From the IMG/VR virus record IMGVR_UViG_3300012953_000002, positions 1-56,030 of that record: a stretch of 56,030 nucleotides of DNA, one strand, 5' to 3'. Origin of the DNA: a virus (Duplodnaviria; Caudoviricetes). The notes under the pieces were generated by a model. The model did not search any database. It saw nothing but the letters and a program-made list of their open reading frames with translations, and had not been told where the DNA came from. The position numbers and the translations under genes were made by a program. This document shows, one piece after another, positions 1-10,644 of this stretch. Position 1 is the first letter of the stretch; each line of letters opens with the position of its first letter.

Positions 1-123
1 ACGTTTTAATATATCTTCCCATTGCTTGCTAGTCATTTTGCCATCAAATTTCTCATTCATCATGTCTTTAAAACGAGGATTTTTAGCTAATTCTGTCCAC
101 ATTTTATAAAAACCTACTTTATA
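1..123. repeat. Terminal direct repeat, copy 1 (circular assembly overlap)
   Basis: 1-123 is identical to 55908-56030 and lies inside a CDS. Confidence 0.97.
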
Positions 124-1932
124 AGTACTTTCTCTATTAAAGTTCTCAATACCTCTCATTATAAACCCTGATCTACCAGCTAAAAAGCTTGTACCATCAG
201 CAAATTGACTTAATTTACTTGGTTTTGTAAATTCTATTTGATTATTATCGTTTAATGTAATGTTTTGTTTGAATGCCTTAGAACCTTTATAATCTAATAA
301 TTCGGGGTTATCTATAGTAAACTTTAATCCAGACTCTCTCATTGATTCCTCAACATACACTTTCATTTGAGGATCTAAATTATAAAAATTTCTAGATTTA
401 TTCATCATTATAGGACCAAATTCTACTAAATTTAATAAATACTGAGTTGAGTTTTTTGCAGCAGATCTAATATTAAGACCTAGTTTTGATGCAAATTCTA
501 AATTTAATAAACCTCTAGAAAGATTGTTCCACCATTGAGAACCAGTAACATCTCTAGTTCCAGTTTGAGCATGATGTAAATCCATTACCATTTCAACAAA
601 TTGACGACCATATCCTTCCAAATCTTTACCTTTTTTAAAAGCTTTAGAAGCATCATTTAAAACTTTTCTAGTAACTAATTGAGTGTGAGCAATAAAATTA
701 AATCTATTAATTTCATCTAAATACCTTTTTACAGTAACAGGGAAATTCATAGAATATAATTTATCATCTAAATTCTTTGTTCTTGGTTTAATTCTTTTTG
801 ATAAGTATGTGTTAATATCACCAACTGCAGCTTCAAATAAATCAACTGTATCTATAGCTCCTTTAACGCCTTGTTCTGATCCAAATGCACTATCTGATGA
901 TAATTTCTGCAATTTAGGCATTAAACCATCTAAAAAATCAACATTTAAATCATATCTAAAATGAGGATAATATCCTATTTTCTCATCAGGAAGTAATTTC
1001 TTTCTTAATGTAGTTTCAACTTGTTTTAATTTTTCAATATTAGTAATACCTTTTGCAGCCATACCTTCTTTTACAGCATTAATATATGCTTCTACTCCCA
1101 ATTCTAAAGTGTGATAACTTTTATGCATCATTTCTATATAATTAGTTAATGCATCTGCCATTTGTGGAGTTTTTGTAAGCCCTGAATTATGAATAGAATT
1201 TTTAATTTTAATCATATCTTTTTCAGTTAATACTCTTCCTTCAGGACGCTTTGCTTTATCAACAAGTATATCCATAACTCCAGGTATTGACCTAATACCT
1301 TTTGTTTTGCTCTCAATCATAGTTATAAATTCTTTAAATACAACACCTTCACCTTCATTTAAAAATTTATCCATTCTAGCTTCAGATTCAGCAATTTGAC
1401 GATTAACATTCTTTCCATTAGCTTGATCAATTCTTAAATTTTCAATTTCTTGTTGATATTTTGTTGCTAATCTTTGCGACTTAACAATTGATTTTGTTGA
1501 TGGCAATAAACCTTCAATAGTTCCAGCTTCTGCTAAATAATTCATCATATTACTAAATTTTTCAGTATCATAACCTTGTCTACCTTTAAATTCATAATTA
1601 ATAGTTAAAAAATTGTTATATAATTCAGCTAAATGAGGATTACGCCTTACAACTCCTGACGTAGTATATAAATTTGAACCAAAAATACCTCCAATTTTAC
1701 CTTTTTTAATATGTTTTAACATATATTTCAATTCACCTTGAAATAGCTTTACTTGGGGTTTTGTTAGTTCAAAATTTTTCCATTCACTTGGAAGATGTCC
1801 AAATAATTGAGCAAACTTTTTTACTATAAGATCACTTGGATTTTTAAAGATTTTTTTAACTGAGGGATGTGACATAAAACGATTCCCTGCTTTATAGACT
1901 TCCATATAGTTTTTAGAAGGATTACAAGCCAT
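1..1932 (-). CDS. N-terminal part of a ~914-aa large virion/ejection-type protein continuing across the junction (missing from the ORF track)
   Basis: ATG at 1932 overlaps the upstream stop (TAATG). Reads open MACNPSKNYMEVYK...YKVGFYKMWTELAK, in frame with the 55095..56009 ORF (56009 = position 102; 1932-102 = 610 codons). Confidence 0.9.
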   Translation of the reverse strand, partial: MACNPSKNYMEVYKAGNRFMSHPSVKKIFKNPSDLIVKKFAQLFGHLPSEWKNFELTKPQVKLFQGELKYMLKHIKKGKIGGIFGSNLYTTSGVVRRNPHLAELYNNFLTINYEFKGRQGYDTEKFSNMMNYLAEAGTIEGLLPSTKSIVKSQRLATKYQQEIENLRIDQANGKNVNRQIAESEARMDKFLNEGEGVVFKEFITMIESKTKGIRSIPGVMDILVDKAKRPEGRVLTEKDMIKIKNSIHNSGLTKTPQMADALTNYIEMMHKSYHTLELGVEAYINAVKEGMAAKGITNIEKLKQVETTLRKKLLPDEKIGYYPHFRYDLNVDFLDGLMPKLQKLSSDSAFGSEQGVKGAIDTVDLFEAAVGDINTYLSKRIKPRTKNLDDKLYSMNFPVTVKRYLDEINRFNFIAHTQLVTRKVLNDASKAFKKGKDLEGYGRQFVEMVMDLHHAQTGTRDVTGSQWWNNLSRGLLNLEFASKLGLNIRSAAKNSTQYLLNLVEFGPIMMNKSRNFYNLDPQMKVYVEESMRESGLKFTIDNPELLDYKGSKAFKQNITLNDNNQIEFTKPSKLSQFADGTSFLAGRSGFIMRGIENFNRESTYKVGFYKMWTELAKNPRFKDMMNEKFDGKMTSKQWEDILKR

Positions 1933-4900
1933 TAACATTCTCCTTTCAATACATCGAGAGGTTGTTGTATTTCTTTAAATTCTGTTTCCCAATGATTTTC
2001 ATTTGTTTCTATCATATCTTTAGTTTGTCTTATTAAATTCTTCATTTTACTTCTTGATGTAGAACTCATTGCCTTATAAGGGTTTAAGCTAATAGATGAT
2101 CCTGTCAATCCATCTCCTCCAAGTAATACATGCATTGGATTATTAAACAAATCAAAAGGACGTAAAGGCTTAGCTTCACCTGTACGAATATCTATTGATG
2201 CAGGATATGCCTGGGACATAATAGGATCTAGTTTTGAATGAGCATCTGCCATTAAAGCTATAACTTTTTGTGGTAATAAATAACCATTTTCCATCATTAA
2301 TTGATTTGTATAAGATAAAACACCAGCTCCTTGATCAAATTGTTGACCACTAACTTTTTCATTTAAATTAGATAATGCTCTAAAAAATTGTATTTGCTGA
2401 TCGTATCTTCTACCCATTCCAAATGGATTAAATTCATCTATATGCTTTGTAGCTTTTATATCAGTATATTTGCTAAACATATTATCCATTTTCCAGTTAA
2501 ATCTAGGTGCACCATATGCTAGCATTTTATTTAATTCAAATACGTCTGAAGGTAGATTTTTACCTTTACCTGAAAATAATTGCCTATATTGAAAGTCTAC
2601 TTGAGCTAGATGTTGTAAAACTTTTGTAAATGTACTTGCTTCATATCTACCACCATGAGCTACATAAAATCCCTCTGGTAATTGATTAGCGTGAGCATCT
2701 AATAACCATCTTACAGCTCTTTTATAATTACCACTAGCTTTAATAGCCATTGGCATAACATTACCTTTATATCTACCAATATAATTCTGAATATGAGCAT
2801 TGGATGGCATTGCAAAGTCCCATAACCAAGTTAATCCATGCTCATTTACATTTCTAGTAATTGTTTCATGTATTCTTGTTTCAATATCTGTAATATCAGA
2901 AGTTTTTGAAAGAACTTTCATTGTTTCAGTATTGAAAATTGATCTTTTACCATAACCTTGACCATGCAGTTCGTTTAAATAAGCATATTCTTTTCCTACC
3001 ATTTTTCTTGCTTCTAACACACTTGAACGATAGCCAGGCTTATTATTCATTTCTCCATGAACACCTCTTGCAAAAGTTAATGCAAAATATGATGTTGTTC
3101 CAGCTATATAATTTTTATCGCTTTGAATATCAACTACTTCTAAATTCTTAATATCTTTAGTTTTTTTCCATTTACCTGCTTCATCTACTAATAAAGGTTT
3201 AATTTTATTCTGCATTTCGTTAATTTCTTCTTTAAGTTTTTTCAATTTTGCTGCTTTATTTTTAGCTCTAGATTTTTTAACAAAATACATTTGTTTTTTC
3301 AGTCTTTTAATTATATCTATATCATTTTTAATTTCACCTAATAGTTTAGGCATAAAATTATTCATTTCTGTAACATCAAATTCAGGATTATTTATTAATT
3401 CATGTACTAATTGATTTTCTCTTAATAAAGTTTCATTTGTTAATACTTTATTGTCAAGATGAAGTCTGTTAAATAAATCTGATTTAATAGCAAATAAAGA
3501 TTTTTCAGCAATACCACCAGCTCTTCCTTCAGAAATATCATTTAATTTAGATAATACATCTGGATGAAAAGGATTTCTTGTGCTGTATTTTTTATATCTA
3601 TATGGTATTTTATCTGTTTGACCAGTTGTTTTGTTATATTTATTATATGTCTGTGGTAAATAACCAAAATAATCCTTCAATATAGCTGCATTTGGACCTT
3701 TTTGCAATGAATATGATGCTTCTCCTGTATCAGGATGGAAATTTTGAGATTGCCATAATCCTTTAAACATATAATTTTGGAAATTAGCAGAATTTAAATA
3801 ATTAAAATAACGATTAGAAGCATTAAGCATTTGTTCATAAGTAGCTTTTTTAGGCTCTGCTTGAGAATAAACTTTTCTTCCAGGCATTACTTCTAATATT
3901 TTAGAATATTCAGACATTAATTTTTTAATAGATCTAATGTCTACTTCATTTAAATCTATTTCTCTTTCAATAGTTTCACCTTTTTCTTTTATATATTCTA
4001 CTTTTCTAAATAGTCTTACTCTTTTATCTTTATATGCTCCTATACCATTGTTTTTACTATCAAGAAACATTCTTAGATTATTAGTATTATAAGTTCCATC
4101 ACCTGTTTTAAATGTCTCTTTAGATATAGAATTATCTATTTTAGGGAATAAAAAGTCTGTCATCCAATCTCTAGTAGTACGTAATATTTTAGGATCTGGA
4201 GCAGAAGCATCAAGTAATATTTGACCTTCTAAAGCTTGTCTTAAATGAAAATCTGCATTATCCCAGTCCATTCTAATTTCCCAGTAGCCAACTTTACCTT
4301 CTGTTGTTTGATTATTTCTCATTAATACTTTTCTTGGTAAACCTTGAGAATCTCTAACAGTTGCAGCAATATTGTCAATATATTTTACTTTTGCTGATGT
4401 TGCCTGGACTACTCCACGTAAATTAGCAATTGATCTTTTATTTCCATTTAATTCTGACCATGCTTCATTATTTTTTCTTGCATTAGTAGACAATAGCTTT
4501 ATATTAGGTAAAACTTCTTTAGCTGTTTGAACGTCTGCAGTTGGTACAAATACTTTTTGTTGTCTTAGTATATTTTCAATCCAAGCATCACTACTTCCCC
4601 AGAAAAAATCAACTGTATCTATATCATAATCACCTTCAAATATATGATAAACATCATTAGAATTAACTATAGATTGATGACCACTACCTTTTACAAATCC
4701 TCTTAATCTTAATAAATGTAAATCATTCGGTCTTGTTCTTGGATAACGCAATGTTGATATACCTATATCATATCTAACCTTATCTGCGCCAGTAGTTGTA
4801 TTAAAAAAATCAAATACAGATTGCATAGGTTTTCCTGAAGTGACCATATGATTCCAAGATTTTTCAATTGTAGCATCTAATTTTTCTTTAGGCACATCTG

Positions 4901-7900
4901 CAAATATATCTTTCATGATTTTCTTATGTATATCTTTTGCATTAGATATTTCATTATTTTTAGTATTAATTACCCTTACATTAAAATTTCTACCATCAAA
5001 AACAGCATCAAATTCTCCGATAGTTTCAGGTATCATAATTTCACCATAACGCTCTATTTTACCTGTTTCATTGTTAAATAATGTCCCTTGCAAATCAGTG
5101 TCAGCTTTTTGACCAATAACAGATTTAGAACCAAATCTAATACGTTTACTATTAAAAGTGTACTCAGAAGTAGGAGCTAAAGCAGTATCTAAATATTTAC
5201 TTTTAAAAATATTCATTTTAGTAGGTTCACCAAATATATCTAAAGAAGCATAAGGCGATAATTTTAACCATTCTAATTGAGCACTCATATGATAATCTGT
5301 TCCATCTAACATTTCTAAAGCTTCATGATCGCCTTTAGACATTTTATCTTTAATTGTTCTTAATAATTCATTTTCTATAAATGGATTATTCATTGTACTT
5401 CTTATAGTTTTTAAATTTTCACCTAATTGTGGTGCAAAATAATCATTATATAATCTTTGCGCTAAATCAATATCAGTATGATTATTAATAATACTAGGTG
5501 CAATTTTACTAGGAGCATGATAATCAGGTATTTTTTGAACTCCTATAGAATTTAATGGAACTTTTATAATATTAGCATCATTTATTTTACCCATTTTATA
5601 TAAATCATTTTTTGCAACTTCTATCATTTTATCTCCAGCAACTTTTAGTTTGTCAGCTGAAGAAGCCATTAATATATCAAGATTAGGATTGGATTTAAAA
5701 AAAGGTTCTAATTTAGGATCATATACAAAAGCTGTTTTACCATACATTAAATTAGCATTTCCTTGAGAACTGATTATCGGTTTAAATATTTTAGAACCAG
5801 GAGCTGCATAATAAAAACCTAGAAAATCTGCCATTTCTTTAGAAATAAAAGTAATACTATCAAAAGCAGATTCATTTAATCTATCTGCGTAATAATCTTC
5901 CCATTTTTTACCTTTATTATGGAGTTCAAAACTTTCTTTTACACTCCAACCACCATTAGTAACTCCATCGTTAAACACACCTATTCCAAATTCTTTTGCT
6001 TTAGAATATTTTTTAGCAGCTTCTATTCCATCTACATCTATATCTTTGCCTGTTGTTGTTTTAATTATATCATTTAGTTTGGGATGAGCTTGAACCATTG
6101 CATCAACTAATTCACTATTAATTCTTTTAAATTTAGAAGTATTAAACATAGTTTGTCTACCTACAAGAAATTTATTTAAATCAGCTTCATTCATCGATAG
6201 ATAATCTGTAAATAAAGACTTATCTTTACCTTTAATCATAGATTCTGCCATAATAGCTCTAAATACCTGTTGAACTTCAGGATCAAATGTAGTAGAATTT
6301 TCAAGATTATTTTTAACAGTTTTTAACAAAGTTTCATTATCAGTACCTTTAACTTTGTCTATATTTTCTTTATATATTCTATCAAACTCTGTTCTAATTT
6401 TATCTATAACAGCACTATCTTTACCTATAATTAAAGATAATTTCATTCCAGGCATTTCCATTATTTGAATACCATTTTCAAATCCTTTAGCATTAGTTTT
6501 TTTAGCTAATAAATCCATAAACATTGCTTTTCTATCACTCATGATAGCTTTATCATAATTATTTTGTATTCTTGAATCTGCTTGGAATATATCAAACATA
6601 TCATATCTCAATCGAGAACTGTCTCCAACAAATCCCCAATCATATGTAATTCCATCTACTAAAGCAAATTTGATACCCATTTTATCTAATGCTTTATAAT
6701 AAGGATTATCATAAGCATGCATATGGGAGTCTTTACTTTGAACTTTTCCATTGCTAAAAAAATACACTGTTTTAGGTTTAGACTCAATGTGATTTGATAC
6801 AACTTGCATTAAACGATGATATGCTTCACGAGCTTCTCCATTGGGAATTGATAATCTATTAAAAGCATCAATAATACCATCAAATCCTTTAAATTTCATG
6901 TCAAATGTATATAATGTCTCATTTAAAAAATTTAACATTTTTTCAGGAGTAGGATTAATTTCGACATTTCCTTGATCCTTAGGTTTGTATAGTTTAAAAA
7001 ACTCAGGTAATGGCATGCTTGATTTATGATCACCAAGACCATATGAGTCTTCCATATATGATTCAACAGCTTTTTTACCTTGTTCCACCATTAAATCTAA
7101 TGAATCTAAATTAATACCATACTTTTCAACAAATAGTCTTAATTGTGTTTGAGTAGATTCTAGATTAAACTTTTCTTGATTAATTTCATACTTATAAGTG
7201 CCTTCTGTTTTACCATCACCTTTTTTAACTTCCAATGCACCTGTATTAATAAGCAATCTAACTAATTTAGAAGCTTTATTTGGGTATGCAGTTAAAAAAG
7301 TTAAGCCAGCATCTGCACCTGTTACATTTTCAGCAGAACTTAAAAAGAAAGCATTTAATTCTGTAACTGCTGTTCGATTCGCAGACAATTGTGCATCTTG
7401 TAAAACTGATTTTATAACATGAAAAGTAGAAGGATCAGTAATAGTGTAGGTATCACCCATAGCTACAACATTGTCTTTTAACCCAACTTTACCACTAATA
7501 TGCATTTCTGTAACATAGTTATTAAAATCATTTACTATTTCTCTGATTTCTGTATCAGTGCCTAAATATTCAATTTTATGAACCATCATACCAGTTGCTC
7601 TTTTACCACCAGGTTTATGCCAATGCATTAAAGAAAATGATTCACCTTCTTTAGGTGTTCCTAAGTTCATAAATTGCTGAAATACGTTTTTTTGCTCTGG
7701 ATTTAATTGAGAATTTTTAAAATTTTCATATACAACTCTTTGGACAATTTGATTTGAAAAATCTTGCAACAGATTTGATTCTACATTAATTCCTAAAGAA
7801 TTAAACATATTTTTTAATGATTGTATTTTGCTAGGATCTATATATATATCACCAACTTTTGTAGTTTGATATTGATTTTTTGTTCCAATAATTTCTAGTA

Positions 7901-10634
7901 ATGCACTAATAAATATTTTATTTTCATCAACTATTTTTTTATCTTTAATAACTTTTCTGTTTTTATCAATAAACTTAATTTGGTCTACACTTTCAATTAA
8001 CTTTAACCCAAGTCTTAATTCTGATTTTTCGCTTCTTAAAATACCCGCATCTATTAATAAAGATACAATTTCTTTATTACTAGGATGGCTAGCATCAAAT
8101 AAAGATGAAAACTTTGTAATCCTTTTATTTAAAATTCTATTTTGCATATACCCTAATAATTCATCAACACGAGAAAAAGAAAATGCATTGTTAGCTGTTT
8201 TATTTAAACCTAGCTCAACATTAATTGCACTTTCCATTGATTGTATTCTTCTGGCCAATGCTTCTAATCTAGCAATACCAGTATCTTCATTTTTCAAAAA
8301 TGCTGCTTGATTAATTTGTCGTTTATTTGCTTTTTGCAATTCTATTGTTGTTTTAAATATATTATCAACTTTATCTCTTAACTCATATAAAGCAGATTCT
8401 TGATTGTCTGGTTTTACATTTTTAAAATAATCAATTACTTCACCTAATTTTCCTTGTCTTGCAAGGCTAAAGAAATGAGAATCTATAACTAACATATTTG
8501 GTATTTCACCAATAGAACCATCACTAGAAGAAGCTTTTAATCTAAGTCCTTCTACTATTTCAACAACATCTAAAGCACTTTTTACTATTTCTGTTTCAAA
8601 TTTTTCACCTACAGTATCTGCAACTTTACGCAAATGATTTGAAAACTTGGTTATATCTCCATATTCCTTTAAAAGTAAATCATTAAATTCTTTTGCAGTT
8701 TTTTCAGAAATAGAATCTAAACTTTTAGTATATTTTTTTGCAGAAGCTCCTTGTAAAAACCTATAAAAATGATGGAACAAATCTAAACGTTCAGTAGATT
8801 GCGTAACAGATTTTTCACCTCCTATTTCCATTTTAAACACACCAGGTCTATTACCAACAGGACGTTCTATAGGAGTACTAAGAGCGTCAAAACTATTTGT
8901 AGTTAAACCTAAATTTTCTGCACGTTGTACAAAAGAATTTAATATAGGGTCTGAAGCAAAAGGATTTAAATTAGAACTTATAGCTGGATCTAAAGTAGGG
9001 ATTCTTCCTATAGGATTTGTAGTAATATATTTAGGAGGCAATAAATTCATAGTATGCAATTGACGTCTTAATCTTTGCATTTGTTCAGGAAACATATCTT
9101 GTCTTCTTGCTAAACCTTTTCTATTTAAAGCAGCTCCAAGTATAAAATTAACAGCTAAGTCTTCGCCACTAGTTTCTACACCATTCATCATATCATAAAA
9201 TCCTCTAGCATTCATTGCGGCACCACCTAGTACCATTTTAGGCCAATTGTCTTTTATATTTGCCCAAGAATTTTTTGTTGTCCATTTTAATAAATCATTC
9301 CCAACTTGATTTGCAGTTTTTTCAAATACTCTTCCTACAATTTCTTTTTTAGCATTATCTGTAACACTAATATTTAAATCATCTAATATTCTGATTGCTT
9401 CAGATTCAGGCTTACTTAAATCAAATCTATATTTTTTACCTTTATATTTAAAGTTTTGAATATTCATTCCTAATGGTCTTAAATCTGCAGCTAATAACGT
9501 AGATTGATGTCTAACATTAGCATAAGATGAATTAGCTATAATGTTTTTATGATTTGCTAATTTACCTCTAAGAGCAGAATAAAAATCTAATTTTCCTTGA
9601 CTAGATTTACCTGCTGAAGGTAACCATTTTAATGCACCAAAAAGACCACCAACTACTACTCCCCATTTTGGATGATCTAAATCATACTTATGTTCACCAT
9701 CAGATATAGCAACATGCAAGCCTTCTCTAGTTGCATCTAATACTCCAAACATAAACCCTTCATTAATAATAGATCCAATACCGTAAGCAAGTTTTTTGTT
9801 TGTCATAACTTCTGTAAAATAATCTGTAACACTAGTTATTGGTCTGTCTTTTAAGTATTTTAAATATACTTCACTTAATTGATCTCCTATTTTTGCATTA
9901 ATTAATCCTGATTTTACTCCATCATCAATACTTGTTTTTAATGATGTTTCAATTGCCTCTTTATAAGCATCTGCACTATTTAATTTTCCAGGTTTATGAG
10001 CCTTAGAAACTACTTCACCTAAATTATTATGTATACTTCTTCCATATACTTTTGCTCCAACATCATCCATTCCTTTGATTGCTGCAACATCTGTTCCAAT
10101 TTTTTTAAAGGCAGCTTCACGAGTTTCTCTACCCATCATTTTAGCAGTAGCAGTTTTAGTAAGCCAATTAATTCCTTTTAATCCAACTTTAGCAGGAGCA
10201 CCCGCTATAAATCCAGCAACAGTACCAGCTCCTGAAGCTAGTTTACCTGCAAAGTTTTCTGGACCTCCATAAAATTCTATTTCTTTACCAGTTTCAGGGT
10301 CAATTCCAGTTTGTTTTTCTTGACCTGTTAACCCAGTTCTTGCCTGTTCTAAATATTTATCTCCTTCTTCTCCAAGCCATTCATATTCATCTGCAAATCC
10401 TAAAGCTCCCAAACTTGCTTCATCCATAGCTGACCATAAAAAATTACCAAAAATATTTTGAGACCAATGAGTATCATCCATTGGTTGTCCTACAGCTTCT
10501 AATACAGATGAAGTGCCTGTTGTGCCTTTTTCAAAGCCAGGTCTAGCGGGGGTTCTTGCTGGTTGTTTCCCTAAACTTGTTTTACGATTTTCTTCTGCCG
10601 ACAAAAAGGCTTGAAGTTCTCTTTCTAAGCTCAT
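1932..10634 (-). CDS. Giant virion protein, putative single-chain two-barrel (DPBB) virion RNA polymerase
   Basis: 2900 aa. RYP at aa ~1963 then FEGDYDIDT (DxDxD at aa 2002-2006, nt 4617-4631). Upstream FDSITFIS, FKPIIS, YGKTAF and SSADK segments. Sits at the end of the structural module. Confidence 0.75.
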   Translation of the reverse strand: MSLERELQAFLSAEENRKTSLGKQPARTPARPGFEKGTTGTSSVLEAVGQPMDDTHWSQNIFGNFLWSAMDEASLGALGFADEYEWLGEEGDKYLEQARTGLTGQEKQTGIDPETGKEIEFYGGPENFAGKLASGAGTVAGFIAGAPAKVGLKGINWLTKTATAKMMGRETREAAFKKIGTDVAAIKGMDDVGAKVYGRSIHNNLGEVVSKAHKPGKLNSADAYKEAIETSLKTSIDDGVKSGLINAKIGDQLSEVYLKYLKDRPITSVTDYFTEVMTNKKLAYGIGSIINEGFMFGVLDATREGLHVAISDGEHKYDLDHPKWGVVVGGLFGALKWLPSAGKSSQGKLDFYSALRGKLANHKNIIANSSYANVRHQSTLLAADLRPLGMNIQNFKYKGKKYRFDLSKPESEAIRILDDLNISVTDNAKKEIVGRVFEKTANQVGNDLLKWTTKNSWANIKDNWPKMVLGGAAMNARGFYDMMNGVETSGEDLAVNFILGAALNRKGLARRQDMFPEQMQRLRRQLHTMNLLPPKYITTNPIGRIPTLDPAISSNLNPFASDPILNSFVQRAENLGLTTNSFDALSTPIERPVGNRPGVFKMEIGGEKSVTQSTERLDLFHHFYRFLQGASAKKYTKSLDSISEKTAKEFNDLLLKEYGDITKFSNHLRKVADTVGEKFETEIVKSALDVVEIVEGLRLKASSSDGSIGEIPNMLVIDSHFFSLARQGKLGEVIDYFKNVKPDNQESALYELRDKVDNIFKTTIELQKANKRQINQAAFLKNEDTGIARLEALARRIQSMESAINVELGLNKTANNAFSFSRVDELLGYMQNRILNKRITKFSSLFDASHPSNKEIVSLLIDAGILRSEKSELRLGLKLIESVDQIKFIDKNRKVIKDKKIVDENKIFISALLEIIGTKNQYQTTKVGDIYIDPSKIQSLKNMFNSLGINVESNLLQDFSNQIVQRVVYENFKNSQLNPEQKNVFQQFMNLGTPKEGESFSLMHWHKPGGKRATGMMVHKIEYLGTDTEIREIVNDFNNYVTEMHISGKVGLKDNVVAMGDTYTITDPSTFHVIKSVLQDAQLSANRTAVTELNAFFLSSAENVTGADAGLTFLTAYPNKASKLVRLLINTGALEVKKGDGKTEGTYKYEINQEKFNLESTQTQLRLFVEKYGINLDSLDLMVEQGKKAVESYMEDSYGLGDHKSSMPLPEFFKLYKPKDQGNVEINPTPEKMLNFLNETLYTFDMKFKGFDGIIDAFNRLSIPNGEAREAYHRLMQVVSNHIESKPKTVYFFSNGKVQSKDSHMHAYDNPYYKALDKMGIKFALVDGITYDWGFVGDSSRLRYDMFDIFQADSRIQNNYDKAIMSDRKAMFMDLLAKKTNAKGFENGIQIMEMPGMKLSLIIGKDSAVIDKIRTEFDRIYKENIDKVKGTDNETLLKTVKNNLENSTTFDPEVQQVFRAIMAESMIKGKDKSLFTDYLSMNEADLNKFLVGRQTMFNTSKFKRINSELVDAMVQAHPKLNDIIKTTTGKDIDVDGIEAAKKYSKAKEFGIGVFNDGVTNGGWSVKESFELHNKGKKWEDYYADRLNESAFDSITFISKEMADFLGFYYAAPGSKIFKPIISSQGNANLMYGKTAFVYDPKLEPFFKSNPNLDILMASSADKLKVAGDKMIEVAKNDLYKMGKINDANIIKVPLNSIGVQKIPDYHAPSKIAPSIINNHTDIDLAQRLYNDYFAPQLGENLKTIRSTMNNPFIENELLRTIKDKMSKGDHEALEMLDGTDYHMSAQLEWLKLSPYASLDIFGEPTKMNIFKSKYLDTALAPTSEYTFNSKRIRFGSKSVIGQKADTDLQGTLFNNETGKIERYGEIMIPETIGEFDAVFDGRNFNVRVINTKNNEISNAKDIHKKIMKDIFADVPKEKLDATIEKSWNHMVTSGKPMQSVFDFFNTTTGADKVRYDIGISTLRYPRTRPNDLHLLRLRGFVKGSGHQSIVNSNDVYHIFEGDYDIDTVDFFWGSSDAWIENILRQQKVFVPTADVQTAKEVLPNIKLLSTNARKNNEAWSELNGNKRSIANLRGVVQATSAKVKYIDNIAATVRDSQGLPRKVLMRNNQTTEGKVGYWEIRMDWDNADFHLRQALEGQILLDASAPDPKILRTTRDWMTDFLFPKIDNSISKETFKTGDGTYNTNNLRMFLDSKNNGIGAYKDKRVRLFRKVEYIKEKGETIEREIDLNEVDIRSIKKLMSEYSKILEVMPGRKVYSQAEPKKATYEQMLNASNRYFNYLNSANFQNYMFKGLWQSQNFHPDTGEASYSLQKGPNAAILKDYFGYLPQTYNKYNKTTGQTDKIPYRYKKYSTRNPFHPDVLSKLNDISEGRAGGIAEKSLFAIKSDLFNRLHLDNKVLTNETLLRENQLVHELINNPEFDVTEMNNFMPKLLGEIKNDIDIIKRLKKQMYFVKKSRAKNKAAKLKKLKEEINEMQNKIKPLLVDEAGKWKKTKDIKNLEVVDIQSDKNYIAGTTSYFALTFARGVHGEMNNKPGYRSSVLEARKMVGKEYAYLNELHGQGYGKRSIFNTETMKVLSKTSDITDIETRIHETITRNVNEHGLTWLWDFAMPSNAHIQNYIGRYKGNVMPMAIKASGNYKRAVRWLLDAHANQLPEGFYVAHGGRYEASTFTKVLQHLAQVDFQYRQLFSGKGKNLPSDVFELNKMLAYGAPRFNWKMDNMFSKYTDIKATKHIDEFNPFGMGRRYDQQIQFFRALSNLNEKVSGQQFDQGAGVLSYTNQLMMENGYLLPQKVIALMADAHSKLDPIMSQAYPASIDIRTGEAKPLRPFDLFNNPMHVLLGGDGLTGSSISLNPYKAMSSTSRSKMKNLIRQTKDMIETNENHWETEFKEIQQPLDVLKGEC

Positions 10635-10644
10635 AATACTCCTA

